Positions 26,268-34,587 of a stretch of DNA of 41,906 nucleotides are shown here, in pieces. Position numbers and translations under genes: made by a program. Within the stretch, counting starts at the first letter, position 1, and each line of letters opens with the position of its first letter. A model generated the notes under the pieces. That model saw only the letters and a list, made by a program, of their open reading frames with translations. It did not search any database and was not told where the DNA came from. The DNA is taken from positions 1 to 41,906 of the forward strand of contig JBDHJS010000033.1 in NCBI GenBank assembly GCA_039586795.1, given 5' to 3'. This DNA is from Gemmatimonadota bacterium. GTDB taxonomy: Bacteria > Gemmatimonadota > Gemmatimonadetes > Palauibacterales > KS3-K002.

Positions 26268-27854
26268 CTATGCGTCCAGAATCTCGTCGATCAGCGGACT
26301 GTCCACATCCATGACGTAGGGCAGACCCGTTACGTCGGCGGCGTTGCGAGTCAACGCGGCCAGATCATCGCGCGACAGGTATTCCGGCGCGAACTTCCGA
26401 CTGCCTGCCATCAGCTGCCGCAGGCCCTGCCCCAACCGCTCGTAGTACGTGTACAACCCGAGCGCGCCAGCCGGCAGCCTCTCGTACTCCTCGCTCCCAA
26501 GTTCTTCACGCAACGAGTGTGCGGTGACGAAGATTTCGTCCCGCGTGCTGCCAAACCTCTCGACGTAAACAGGGATCTGTCCGGCATCGATGGCGCGCCC
26601 AATCGTCTTGCCGACCATAGCGGCCGCCAGCGGGCTCCTCGCCATGCCAATCAGCTTGACGAACGGCGCTCCCAGTGCCAGGCCCTTGAATATCTGGTCC
26701 TCGAACGTGAAGCCGCCTGCCAGTGCCAGCGCGGGTACATGCTTACCTTTGGCCGCCAAACGTTCGGCATACCGGTAGAGCAACGAGTGCAACTCCACAA
26801 CCGGAACGCCCCACTCGTTCATCATCCGCCACGGGCTCATGCCCGTGCCGCCGCCGGCCCCGTCAACGGTCAACAGGTCCAGCTCATACCTCGATGCATA
26901 GGCCAGCGCCTGAGCCAGTGCAGCCGGTCGGTAGGCGCCCGTCTTGAGGAAGATGTACTTGGCACCCATGCTCCGCAGGTACTCGACACGCCTGGCAAAG
27001 TCCTCCTCCGTGACCATGCCAACACGCGAGTGTCGCTCGAACTCCTTGAAAGCTCCTGCCTTGAAGGCCTCGATCACAGTGGGCTTCGTCGGATCGGGCA
27101 GCACAACGTAGCCCCGCTCGTAGAGCATCTGGGCCTTCTTCAGATCCTTGATCTTGACCTCTCCACCGATGTTCTTCGCACCCTGGCCCCACTTTATCTC
27201 GACACACTCCACGCCCAGCGCGTTGATCGCATACTCGTGCTCGCCCAGCCGCGTGCCCTCGACGTTCGTCTGCACGACGATGGCTCCGTAACCATCCCGC
27301 TTGTTCTCCTGGAAGAGCTGCACCCGGCGCTTGAGATCGACCGTGTCAACCACCCGCCCATCCTTTATCACCGACTCGGGGTCCATCCCGGCAACGTTCT
27401 CACCGATGGTCAGCCCTGTACCGGCCAGAGCGGATCCGATCGCCAATCCCTCCCAGTTGTTCCTTGCAACGTCGGTGGACCCGATACCCGGAATGATCCA
27501 CGGGTAGCGAAACTTCAGTCCGCCGTCGTGTCCGAAGCGAACCTCGAGATTCACCGCCGGGAATACCGCTTTGTCGCTATCGGCCTCTACACCCTGGGCC
27601 CCCACCACGCCGCCCATGATGTTGATGTGTGAGTAGTCGACGGGATAGTCTTTCTCTGCTGCCGTTGTGATCACACCAAACGGTTGCGGATAGATCACCT
27701 CGTGACCACGGTACGCCGACTTGCCAATCTCGCACATACCTAGACAACCGTCGACGCAGGTAACGCACATACCCGAGATCGGCGTGACCGACCCTTCAGT
27801 TCGATTCTTGGTGAGTGTTGCGGCTGACGTGTTTACTCTGGACAGCGTCATCAC
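26268..27854 (-). CDS. Stand-alone FMN-binding glutamate synthase domain protein (GltB2-like)
   Basis: EIKWGQGAKNIGGE, LKTG, TVDGAGGGTG, AGG...IFKGLALGA, GMAR; N-terminal CxxCxxxCxxxC. Confidence 0.87.
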   Translation of the reverse strand: MMTLSRVNTSAATLTKNRTEGSVTPISGMCVTCVDGCLGMCEIGKSAYRGHEVIYPQPFGVITTAAEKDYPVDYSHINIMGGVVGAQGVEADSDKAVFPAVNLEVRFGHDGGLKFRYPWIIPGIGSTDVARNNWEGLAIGSALAGTGLTIGENVAGMDPESVIKDGRVVDTVDLKRRVQLFQENKRDGYGAIVVQTNVEGTRLGEHEYAINALGVECVEIKWGQGAKNIGGEVKIKDLKKAQMLYERGYVVLPDPTKPTVIEAFKAGAFKEFERHSRVGMVTEEDFARRVEYLRSMGAKYIFLKTGAYRPAALAQALAYASRYELDLLTVDGAGGGTGMSPWRMMNEWGVPVVELHSLLYRYAERLAAKGKHVPALALAGGFTFEDQIFKGLALGAPFVKLIGMARSPLAAAMVGKTIGRAIDAGQIPVYVERFGSTRDEIFVTAHSLREELGSEEYERLPAGALGLYTYYERLGQGLRQLMAGSRKFAPEYLSRDDLAALTRNAADVTGLPYVMDVDSPLIDEILDA

Positions 27855-27878
27855 TTCTCTCCTTGAGGTAGACGCACC

Positions 27879-28556
27879 TTAGCGCTTCACTATTTCACAT
27901 GCGGCACAGGGATTCATGTAGCACATCATGTCGTCGAATCCGTCGACGTCCACACATGGCGGGCTCACGTTGGCACAGCCTCCACAGACCGCCTTCTCGG
28001 GCTCCGTGTAGCTGCACCTGAGCTCACAGACTGGACATACGTACATACAGGCGCCGCAGAGCCGGCAGACGTCCGACTGGACGTCGAACGGCGTACCGAT
28101 GCTCCGGCTCTCGCCGCGTCCGCGGAATCCGATGGCCTTGGCCATCATCTGCTCTTCGCACACACGCACGCAACGGCCGCAGAGAATGCAGTCCTCGTAC
28201 TCCTGACGGAACCGCTGCTGCCGCACGTCGTATGCCGCGGCCAAGTCCTGAATGGTCTTCGACTGTGGACAGGACCCCAGCAACAACTCGAGTACCATCT
28301 TCCGCGTCCTGATCACTCGCGATGACGCCGTCCGGACCCGGATCCCTTCCTCCACCCGGTAGGTACACGAACTGACCAACCGCGACCTGGCCCCCTCACC
28401 GATCTCAACAAGGCAGAGCCGGCACGCACCGGAGGGGGACAGCCCCTCCATGTGGCATAGAGTTGGGATCGGTATGCCAAAGAACTGCGCGGCTTCGAGC
28501 AGCGTAGAGCCCTTTTCGACCTGTACGTCTACGCCGTTAAGGGTGAACGTGATCAT
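27879..28556 (-). CDS. NuoG/HydA N-terminal-like Fe-S subunit without catalytic domain
   Basis: IPTLC..GACRLCLVE..SC ([2Fe-2S]); CILCGRCVRVC and CRLCGACMYVCP (2x[4Fe-4S]); Cys-rich tail. Confidence 0.9.
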   Translation of the reverse strand: MITFTLNGVDVQVEKGSTLLEAAQFFGIPIPTLCHMEGLSPSGACRLCLVEIGEGARSRLVSSCTYRVEEGIRVRTASSRVIRTRKMVLELLLGSCPQSKTIQDLAAAYDVRQQRFRQEYEDCILCGRCVRVCEEQMMAKAIGFRGRGESRSIGTPFDVQSDVCRLCGACMYVCPVCELRCSYTEPEKAVCGGCANVSPPCVDVDGFDDMMCYMNPCAACEIVKR

Positions 28557-31500
28557 TTGCTACCTCTACTGGCTTCCTGGGGGGCGCTCTCGTCCTCCGG
28601 ACGACGGGTGAACTCCAGGTCGCATCTCAGGCACCGCCGAGCCTCTCTGACCGCATCCTGATCGGTCAGTGAGGCCTCCACCTCGGCGAAGCTGTCTACG
28701 CGCTCCAGTGCAGGCAGCGCCGTCGCCCTAGCTCTGTGCGCCGGGGCCTGCCCGCCTTCCTCGTTCCCAACCGGTTCCACGTAGGCGCTCGGCATACGAA
28801 CCTTTTCGGCCTGGCACAGTTCTCGTCTCCCCAGGTACCGATCGATGACCTCGGCTGCACGCCTTCCAGCAGCGATAGCATCGATGACGGTGTTGGGTCC
28901 CGTGGCCAGGTCCCCGCCGGCAAAGACTCCAGGCCGCCTGGTCGTTAGCGTCTGTTTGTCGACCACCACCGTCCCACCTTTCATCTCGACTCCCGCCTCC
29001 TCCATGGAAGCGACGTCGATCGCTGTTTCGCCGATGGCGACGATCAGCGTATCGAGCGGTACGTGGTGTTCGGAACCGGACATGGCGACGGGCCTGCGCC
29101 GGCCGCTGGCATCTACCTCGCCCAGCTCGTTCTTAATGAACTCGACCTTGGCTAGCCGGCCACTCTTTCCCCTCAACATCACGGGAGACACCAGGAGCTC
29201 CAGCTTCACTCCTTCCTCGAGGCCACCATCGATCTCTTCCTCGTACGCAGGCATCTCCTGGCGAGTGCGACGATAGAAGACCGTGACCTCGGTCACCCCC
29301 GCCTGTCGTACCGCCACACGAGCCGCATCGAGGGCGGAGTTACCGCCGCCGATGATCCCGACCTTGCCTTTGGCCAGCGATTCGCCACGCAGGTTCCAGG
29401 CCTTGAGGAACTCTATGGAGGGGTAGACACCGTCCAGTTCCTCACCGTCGACACCCATGCGCCGGCTACTGTGCGCCCCCATAGCCAGGAAGACCGCGTC
29501 GTAGCCATCCGCGAAGAGGCTGTCGAGCGTGAAATCACAGCCCAGTGCGGCTCCGCAACGCAGCGTGACGTTCTCATCGATCAGCGCGTCTATTTCTCTC
29601 TGCAGCACGTCGCGTGGCAGGCGATAGGCCGGAATGCCCGATATGAGCATCCCACCAGGACGGTCCTCAGCCTCGAAGATGGTCGTCCGGTATCCCTTTA
29701 GGGACAGGTTGTGGGCGGCCGTGAGGCCCGCCGGACCGGCCCCAATCACCGCCACCCGCTTCTCCGCTGCGGCGGAGTCGATATTCCGTTCCGGCCTGTA
29801 AACGCTCGGATCGATCTGGTCGGTGATGAATCGTTTCAGCGCCCGCAGTGCGACCGGGTCTTGCCCCGTGGCACCCAAGAGACACCGTTGCTCGCACTTG
29901 TGGTCGCATACACGCGCGCAGACCGAAGGGAAGGGATTCGACTCGCGGATCACGCGATATGCTTCTTCGTATTCGCCTCCGGCGATGAGAGCCACGTAGC
30001 GCCACGCCTCGGTTCCCACTGGGCAGGCTGCCTGGCACGCAGCGCCTGTTAGGCCCTTGCAGACGAACGCGTCGCACCGCTTGTCGATGATGTGCCGCTC
30101 GTACTCATCGCGGAAATAGCGCAGCGTGCTGTGCACAGGATTGGCCGCCGAGTGCCCCAGACCGCACATGCTCGATTCGGCCACCGTCCGTCCCAGCTCC
30201 TCGAGAAGATCCAGGTGCCCCAGGGTGCCCTTGCCCTCCGTGATGTCGTCGAGGATCTCCCACATTCGCTGTGTGCCCTTTCGGCACGTGAAGCATTTGC
30301 CGCACGACTCGTCCTTGAGGAAGCGCATGAAGTACTTGGCGACATCTACCATGCACGTATCGTCGTCCATGACGATCAGGCCGCCCGAGCCCATTATCGC
30401 TCCGGCTTCCGTCAGGCTGTCGTAGCTGATGGGGAGATCGAACCTTCGATGCGGTATACATCCGCCGGAGGGCCCTCCGATCTGCACCGCCTTGATACTG
30501 GCTCCGTCCAGCGGGCCGCCCCCGATATCGTAAACAACCTCCTTGATTGTCGTGCCCATCGGTACCTCTACCAGGCCCGTGTTCACTATCTTCCCGACCA
30601 GCGAGAAGACCTTCGTGCCGGTGCTGGTAGGCGTTCCGATACGAGCGAATGATTCTGCCCCTATCTCGATGACAACGGGGACGTTTGCCCAGGTCTCGAC
30701 ATTGTTGATGCACGTAGGCCTGCCGCCAATGCCCTTTTCCGTCGGGAAGGGCGGTCTCTGCCTCGGCTCGCCCACACTGCCTTCTATGCTTCGAATCAAA
30801 GCCGTCTCTTCGCCGCATACGAATGCTCCGGCGCCCTTCACGATGCTGAGGTCGAAGTCGGCTACGGTCCCCATCATGTTCTTACCGAGAATGCCGTATT
30901 CGCGTGCCGTCCTCAGAGCGATCAGCAAGTGCTTGATCGCAAGGGGATACTCTTGCCGCACGAAGACGAATCCCTCGGTCGCGCCGATGGCCAATCCACC
31001 GATGGCCATCCCCTCGATCACGCTGTGTGGATTGCCCTCCAGAATGCTGCGATCCATATACGCGCCGGGGTCGCCCTCGTCTGCATTGCAGACGACATAT
31101 TTCTGAGCAGCGTCCTGGCGCCGCGCCGCCTCCCATTTCTCGGCAGTCGGGAAGCCCGCGCCGCCGCGTCCCCTCAAGCCCGACTTGCGTATCTCGTCGA
31201 TGATCTTCTCGGGCGTGTACTCGGTCAGCACCTTGCTGAGCGCACCGTAGCCTCCCTCGGCGATGTAGTCGAAGAGTCGAATGGGATCGACGTGCTGATT
31301 TCTTCCCAGCAGTGTGCGCTCTTGCTTGGCGAAGAAAGGGATGTCGTCAAGACGATGGCAGTATTCGCCCGTGCTTGGGTCCCGGTAGAGCAAGTGATCG
31401 ACGTACTCGTCAGAGATCACGCTGTCGATGATCTTCGGGATATCCTCGTTGTCGATTTTCGGGTAAAATGCTGTCTGCGGATCCGCGACAACGAAAGGGC

Positions 31501-31723
31501 CCATCTCGCAGAAACCCTGGCAGCCCGTAATGCGCAGGCCAACCTGGTCGACGAGCTCGCGATCCATGAGGTGTCGCTTGATGGCGCGCTGCACGTCGTT
31601 GGCGCCGCAAGCCTGGCACGCCGTGCCGGCGCATACCGTGAGGCGCATTTTCCGCCGACCTTGCCGGTCACGTATCCGTTGTCGCAGTTCCCCTAGCTCG
31701 CTAGTCGTTCGGAGTAGTGGCAT
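28553..31723 (-). CDS. NuoF/HydB-like flavoprotein fused to a GltD/NfnB-like FAD oxidoreductase
   Basis: N-terminal thioredoxin-like [2Fe-2S] domain, GLRGRGGAGFP, NADEGDPGAYMDR, CGEET, ESCGKCFTCR; then CQAACP..RVC..CE..C, GAGPAG, GGGNSA, YRRT, EARRCLRC. Confidence 0.93.
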   Translation of the reverse strand: MPLLRTTSELGELRQRIRDRQGRRKMRLTVCAGTACQACGANDVQRAIKRHLMDRELVDQVGLRITGCQGFCEMGPFVVADPQTAFYPKIDNEDIPKIIDSVISDEYVDHLLYRDPSTGEYCHRLDDIPFFAKQERTLLGRNQHVDPIRLFDYIAEGGYGALSKVLTEYTPEKIIDEIRKSGLRGRGGAGFPTAEKWEAARRQDAAQKYVVCNADEGDPGAYMDRSILEGNPHSVIEGMAIGGLAIGATEGFVFVRQEYPLAIKHLLIALRTAREYGILGKNMMGTVADFDLSIVKGAGAFVCGEETALIRSIEGSVGEPRQRPPFPTEKGIGGRPTCINNVETWANVPVVIEIGAESFARIGTPTSTGTKVFSLVGKIVNTGLVEVPMGTTIKEVVYDIGGGPLDGASIKAVQIGGPSGGCIPHRRFDLPISYDSLTEAGAIMGSGGLIVMDDDTCMVDVAKYFMRFLKDESCGKCFTCRKGTQRMWEILDDITEGKGTLGHLDLLEELGRTVAESSMCGLGHSAANPVHSTLRYFRDEYERHIIDKRCDAFVCKGLTGAACQAACPVGTEAWRYVALIAGGEYEEAYRVIRESNPFPSVCARVCDHKCEQRCLLGATGQDPVALRALKRFITDQIDPSVYRPERNIDSAAAEKRVAVIGAGPAGLTAAHNLSLKGYRTTIFEAEDRPGGMLISGIPAYRLPRDVLQREIDALIDENVTLRCGAALGCDFTLDSLFADGYDAVFLAMGAHSSRRMGVDGEELDGVYPSIEFLKAWNLRGESLAKGKVGIIGGGNSALDAARVAVRQAGVTEVTVFYRRTRQEMPAYEEEIDGGLEEGVKLELLVSPVMLRGKSGRLAKVEFIKNELGEVDASGRRRPVAMSGSEHHVPLDTLIVAIGETAIDVASMEEAGVEMKGGTVVVDKQTLTTRRPGVFAGGDLATGPNTVIDAIAAGRRAAEVIDRYLGRRELCQAEKVRMPSAYVEPVGNEEGGQAPAHRARATALPALERVDSFAEVEASLTDQDAVREARRCLRCDLEFTRRPEDESAPQEASRGSK

Positions 31724-31796
31724 CGGCGTGTTTGTCTCTTTCCTTGTTGTCTCTTCCTGGCGGGGCTCGAGCCAGTTGACGCCCCTCGATCTGTCC

Positions 31797-32648
31797 TCAC
31801 CTGCCTAGATCGAGCATGTGCTCCTTGCAGCCGCGGCGCGAACAGAACTGCACGGTTCCGCCGCCCCTGACGAACAGGATGATCATGGGGGCATCACAAT
31901 TCGGGCAGAGTCTCGTGGACCTGAGTTCCGCGTGGCAGCCCGGACAGAAGAAATGGACTACGGTACCGTCAGGTATTTCATACTCGGATTGAATCCGGTA
32001 GTCACCGTAGAGGCTGCTCAACCTCACCCAGCCGTGCTTCCTGTGGAACGAGGCCGTCACGCGCACCATGGGATATCCGTCCAGCAGGTGATCATGGGTC
32101 ATCAGGCTGCAGTTGCAGTTCGGACAGGATACTCGCACTGCAAACGCCTGTTCGTCAGCGGTCATCTTGAGGATGTTCTCATCCCGGCAGGCGTGTTCGA
32201 GAATCGTCCGGATATCACCTTCCTTGACATTGCGGTAGTACTCGCCGTCGATGACCGCGACCGGACCCAATGCGCAGGCGCCGAGACAGTTCACCGTCGA
32301 GAGCGAGAACTCCCGATCCCCGGTGGTCCCGCCCACCTTCACGCCCAGACGTTGCTCGAAGCTTCTGAGAACTGCGGGCGACCTCCGCACGTGGCATGCA
32401 GTACCCATGCAGACGGATACCAGGTGTCGGCCCCGCGGCTCGAGGCTGAAGCCCTTGTAGAACGTCGCCAGGCTGTAGATATCGACGAGCGAGCGCCCGG
32501 TTCTGCTCGCGACTATCTTCAGGGCCTCCTTGGGTAGGAAGTTGTACTCGGCCTGGATGTCCTCGAGCATGGAGATTATGGAGCCGTATCTTCCGTTGTA
32601 CTTGTCGACCACCCTGAAGACGTCCTCAGGGTTCATGCGCGTTATCAT
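31797..32648 (-). CDS. NuoE/HydC-like [2Fe-2S] subunit with Cys-rich C-terminal extension
   Basis: VCMGTACHV and CLGACALGP; extension with CPNC, CPGC, CPNC, CSRRGCKEH. Alternative start at MNPEDV. Confidence 0.9.
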   Translation of the reverse strand: MITRMNPEDVFRVVDKYNGRYGSIISMLEDIQAEYNFLPKEALKIVASRTGRSLVDIYSLATFYKGFSLEPRGRHLVSVCMGTACHVRRSPAVLRSFEQRLGVKVGGTTGDREFSLSTVNCLGACALGPVAVIDGEYYRNVKEGDIRTILEHACRDENILKMTADEQAFAVRVSCPNCNCSLMTHDHLLDGYPMVRVTASFHRKHGWVRLSSLYGDYRIQSEYEIPDGTVVHFFCPGCHAELRSTRLCPNCDAPMIILFVRGGGTVQFCSRRGCKEHMLDLGR

Positions 32649-32690
32649 TCTCCGACGGCCTCTCTCTTGACGAATCGAGTCCCGGTAGAG

Positions 32691-32987
32691 CTACTGGTAT
32701 TCCTCGCAGTGCCAGACGCCGCCCTCGGCGCGCGAGAATTCGCATGTCTCCCAGCCATCGCAAGTACGGCACAGTCCCAGCAGCGCGGCCTGTTTCGCCG
32801 AAACGGGCGCCGGGCGCTCCGCGGCAGGAACCGCCGGCCTGGCTTCCTGACCGCCGCCGTTCACCGGTGGGTAGCGGCGGTATTCATCGCACTGAAACAC
32901 CGAGCGAGGCTGGGACTCCAGGTAGGTGCAACTGGAAGCGTTCACACACGTTGCACAGAGGCCTTTCAGCAGCTTCGTCGATTTCAC
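32691..32987 (-). CDS. Small protein with two tandem Cys4 motifs
   Basis: AAGGAGG RBS + GTG at 32987; GLCxxCx5Cx12CDEY and GLCxxCx5Cx11CEEY joined by a Pro/Ala linker. Confidence 0.8.
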   Translation of the reverse strand: MKSTKLLKGLCATCVNASSCTYLESQPRSVFQCDEYRRYPPVNGGGQEARPAVPAAERPAPVSAKQAALLGLCRTCDGWETCEFSRAEGGVWHCEEYQ

Positions 32988-33036
32988 GGTTTCCTCCTTT
33001 TTCGACAGCAATGTCGCCTCTTCCGTCTCCCCCTAA

Positions 33037-33053
33037 GGCAAACGGCATGCTAG
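33037..33053 (-). promoter_or_regulatory. Candidate sigma54 -24/-12 promoter (non-canonical)
   Basis: CTAGCATGCCGTTTGCC versus consensus YTGGCACGNNNNTTGCW: spacing correct but AG replaces GG; next to an NtrC-family gene. Confidence 0.5.
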
Positions 33054-33201
33054 GTGCGCTGGACCGCCCGATGGGCGGACACGACACGCTGTCTGGGCTG
33101 GAAAACCCTTATCCTAAGCGGGTTGGCTGGTGGAGAGGGGGTATGCCGGCTCGTCCCGGCCGCTCGGAACAGCCTCCTTGGAATCGGCCCATTCCGAACC
33201 G

Positions 33202-33220
33202 CTGGGGAGTTTTACCCCGG
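33202..33220. promoter_or_regulatory. Candidate enhancer (UAS) dyad
   Basis: CTGGGGAGTTTTACCCCGG, about 150 bp upstream of the putative sigma54 site. Confidence 0.35.
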
Positions 33221-33231
33221 TCCGGCGAGGC

Positions 33232-34587
33232 TCAGTCCTGGGCCCCATCAGGGTGTGGACTGCGCTTCAGCTTCTTCCGCAACGTCTTGCGGTCGATTCC
33301 CAGGATCTCGGCTGCTTTCGTCTTGTTGCCACCTACGCTCGCCAGGACACTTCGCACATGCTCGGCCTCGACTTCCGCTAGCGAGCGGTGCCGGCCGCTG
33401 CCGCGTGGGACGGAGAAGCGCATAACGGATGGCAGGTCAGGAACGTCAACGGTCTGGCCGTCGCTCATCACGACGAGCCGGTGGATCACGTTCTCCAGCT
33501 CCCGCACGTTCCCCGGCCAGTGATAGCGGCGAAGAACCTCCAGGACTCCGCTGGAGAAAGGAGGCGACTCTATCCCCAGCTCTTCGGAGCACTTGTCGAC
33601 GAAGTGCTTGGCCAGGAGGAGAATGTCGTCGTCTCTCTCTCGTAGAGGTGGTACGTCAACGGTCAACACGTTGATGCGGAAGTACAGGTCCTCACGAAAT
33701 ATTCCCCTGCGAACCAGGTCGATCAGGTCCCTGTTGGTGGCCGCGATGATCCGCACATCGACGTTCAGTTGCTGCGTGCCACCGACCATACGGATCTCAC
33801 CGTCCTGAAGCACTCGCAGCAGCTTCACCTGCATCGCCAAGCTGGTTTCGCTTATCTCGTCTAGGAAGACGCTGCCGCCGTCGCCGATCTGGAAGAAGCC
33901 GGCCCGGGACTCGGTGGCCCCGGTGAACGCTCCTTTGACGTGGCCAAACAGCTCACTTTCCAACAGGCTTTCCGGGATCCCACCACAGTTGATCGGTACG
34001 AACTGCGCTCGAGCCCTGGGCCCCGCGTAGTGGATCCCCCGGGCTACGAGCTCCTTACCGGTGCCGCTCTCCCCCGTAATGAGCACCGTCGTAGGCACCG
34101 GGGCCGCCTTGGCCATGCCTCGATAGACCCTGCGCATGGCTTCCGACTCGCCGACTAACCCAAACGAGTCGAGCGACTCCGTCGACTCGCGGGCCAGCGC
34201 CGCGCGCTGAAAGCGGACTTTTTGAAGCGCATCGTTCACCGCCGAGAGAAGCTCGGCATCCGTGAACGGCTTCGGCAGGTAATTCTCGGCCCCCTCTTTT
34301 ACGGCTGCAACCGCGGTCTCGATCGAAGCGTAGCCGGTGATCATGATGATGCCGATTTCTCGGAACTGTGCCCGCACGTGCCTGACCAGGTCGAGGCCAC
34401 CAATCTTGGGCATCTTGAGATCGGTGATCACCAGGTCTATGGGTATGGACTCGAGGATCCCGACTGCCTCCGCCACGCCGGGGGCGGTGACCACGTCATA
34501 GCCTTCCATGGTCAGGTTGCGCCGCAACACGTCTCGCGCATCGGGCGAATCGTCGACGACTAGAATGCGTTCCTCAACGTTACTCAT
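33232..34587 (-). CDS. Sigma54-dependent NtrC-family response regulator
   Basis: REC (VVDD, TDLKMP, KPF), [22 protein letters not shown], Fis HTH. Start ATG 34587 overlaps the kinase stop. Confidence 0.95.
   Translation of the reverse strand: MSNVEERILVVDDSPDARDVLRRNLTMEGYDVVTAPGVAEAVGILESIPIDLVITDLKMPKIGGLDLVRHVRAQFREIGIIMITGYASIETAVAAVKEGAENYLPKPFTDAELLSAVNDALQKVRFQRAALARESTESLDSFGLVGESEAMRRVYRGMAKAAPVPTTVLITGESGTGKELVARGIHYAGPRARAQFVPINCGGIPESLLESELFGHVKGAFTGATESRAGFFQIGDGGSVFLDEISETSLAMQVKLLRVLQDGEIRMVGGTQQLNVDVRIIAATNRDLIDLVRRGIFREDLYFRINVLTVDVPPLRERDDDILLLAKHFVDKCSEELGIESPPFSSGVLEVLRRYHWPGNVRELENVIHRLVVMSDGQTVDVPDLPSVMRFSVPRGSGRHRSLAEVEAEHVRSVLASVGGNKTKAAEILGIDRKTLRKKLKRSPHPDGAQD

Noticed and set aside
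26268..32987. Hydrogenase, formate dehydrogenase or respiratory complex I assignment; selenocysteine recoding
   Set aside because: No H-cluster, NiFe, molybdopterin or membrane Nuo subunits; no in-frame TGA interrupting a conserved domain was seen.
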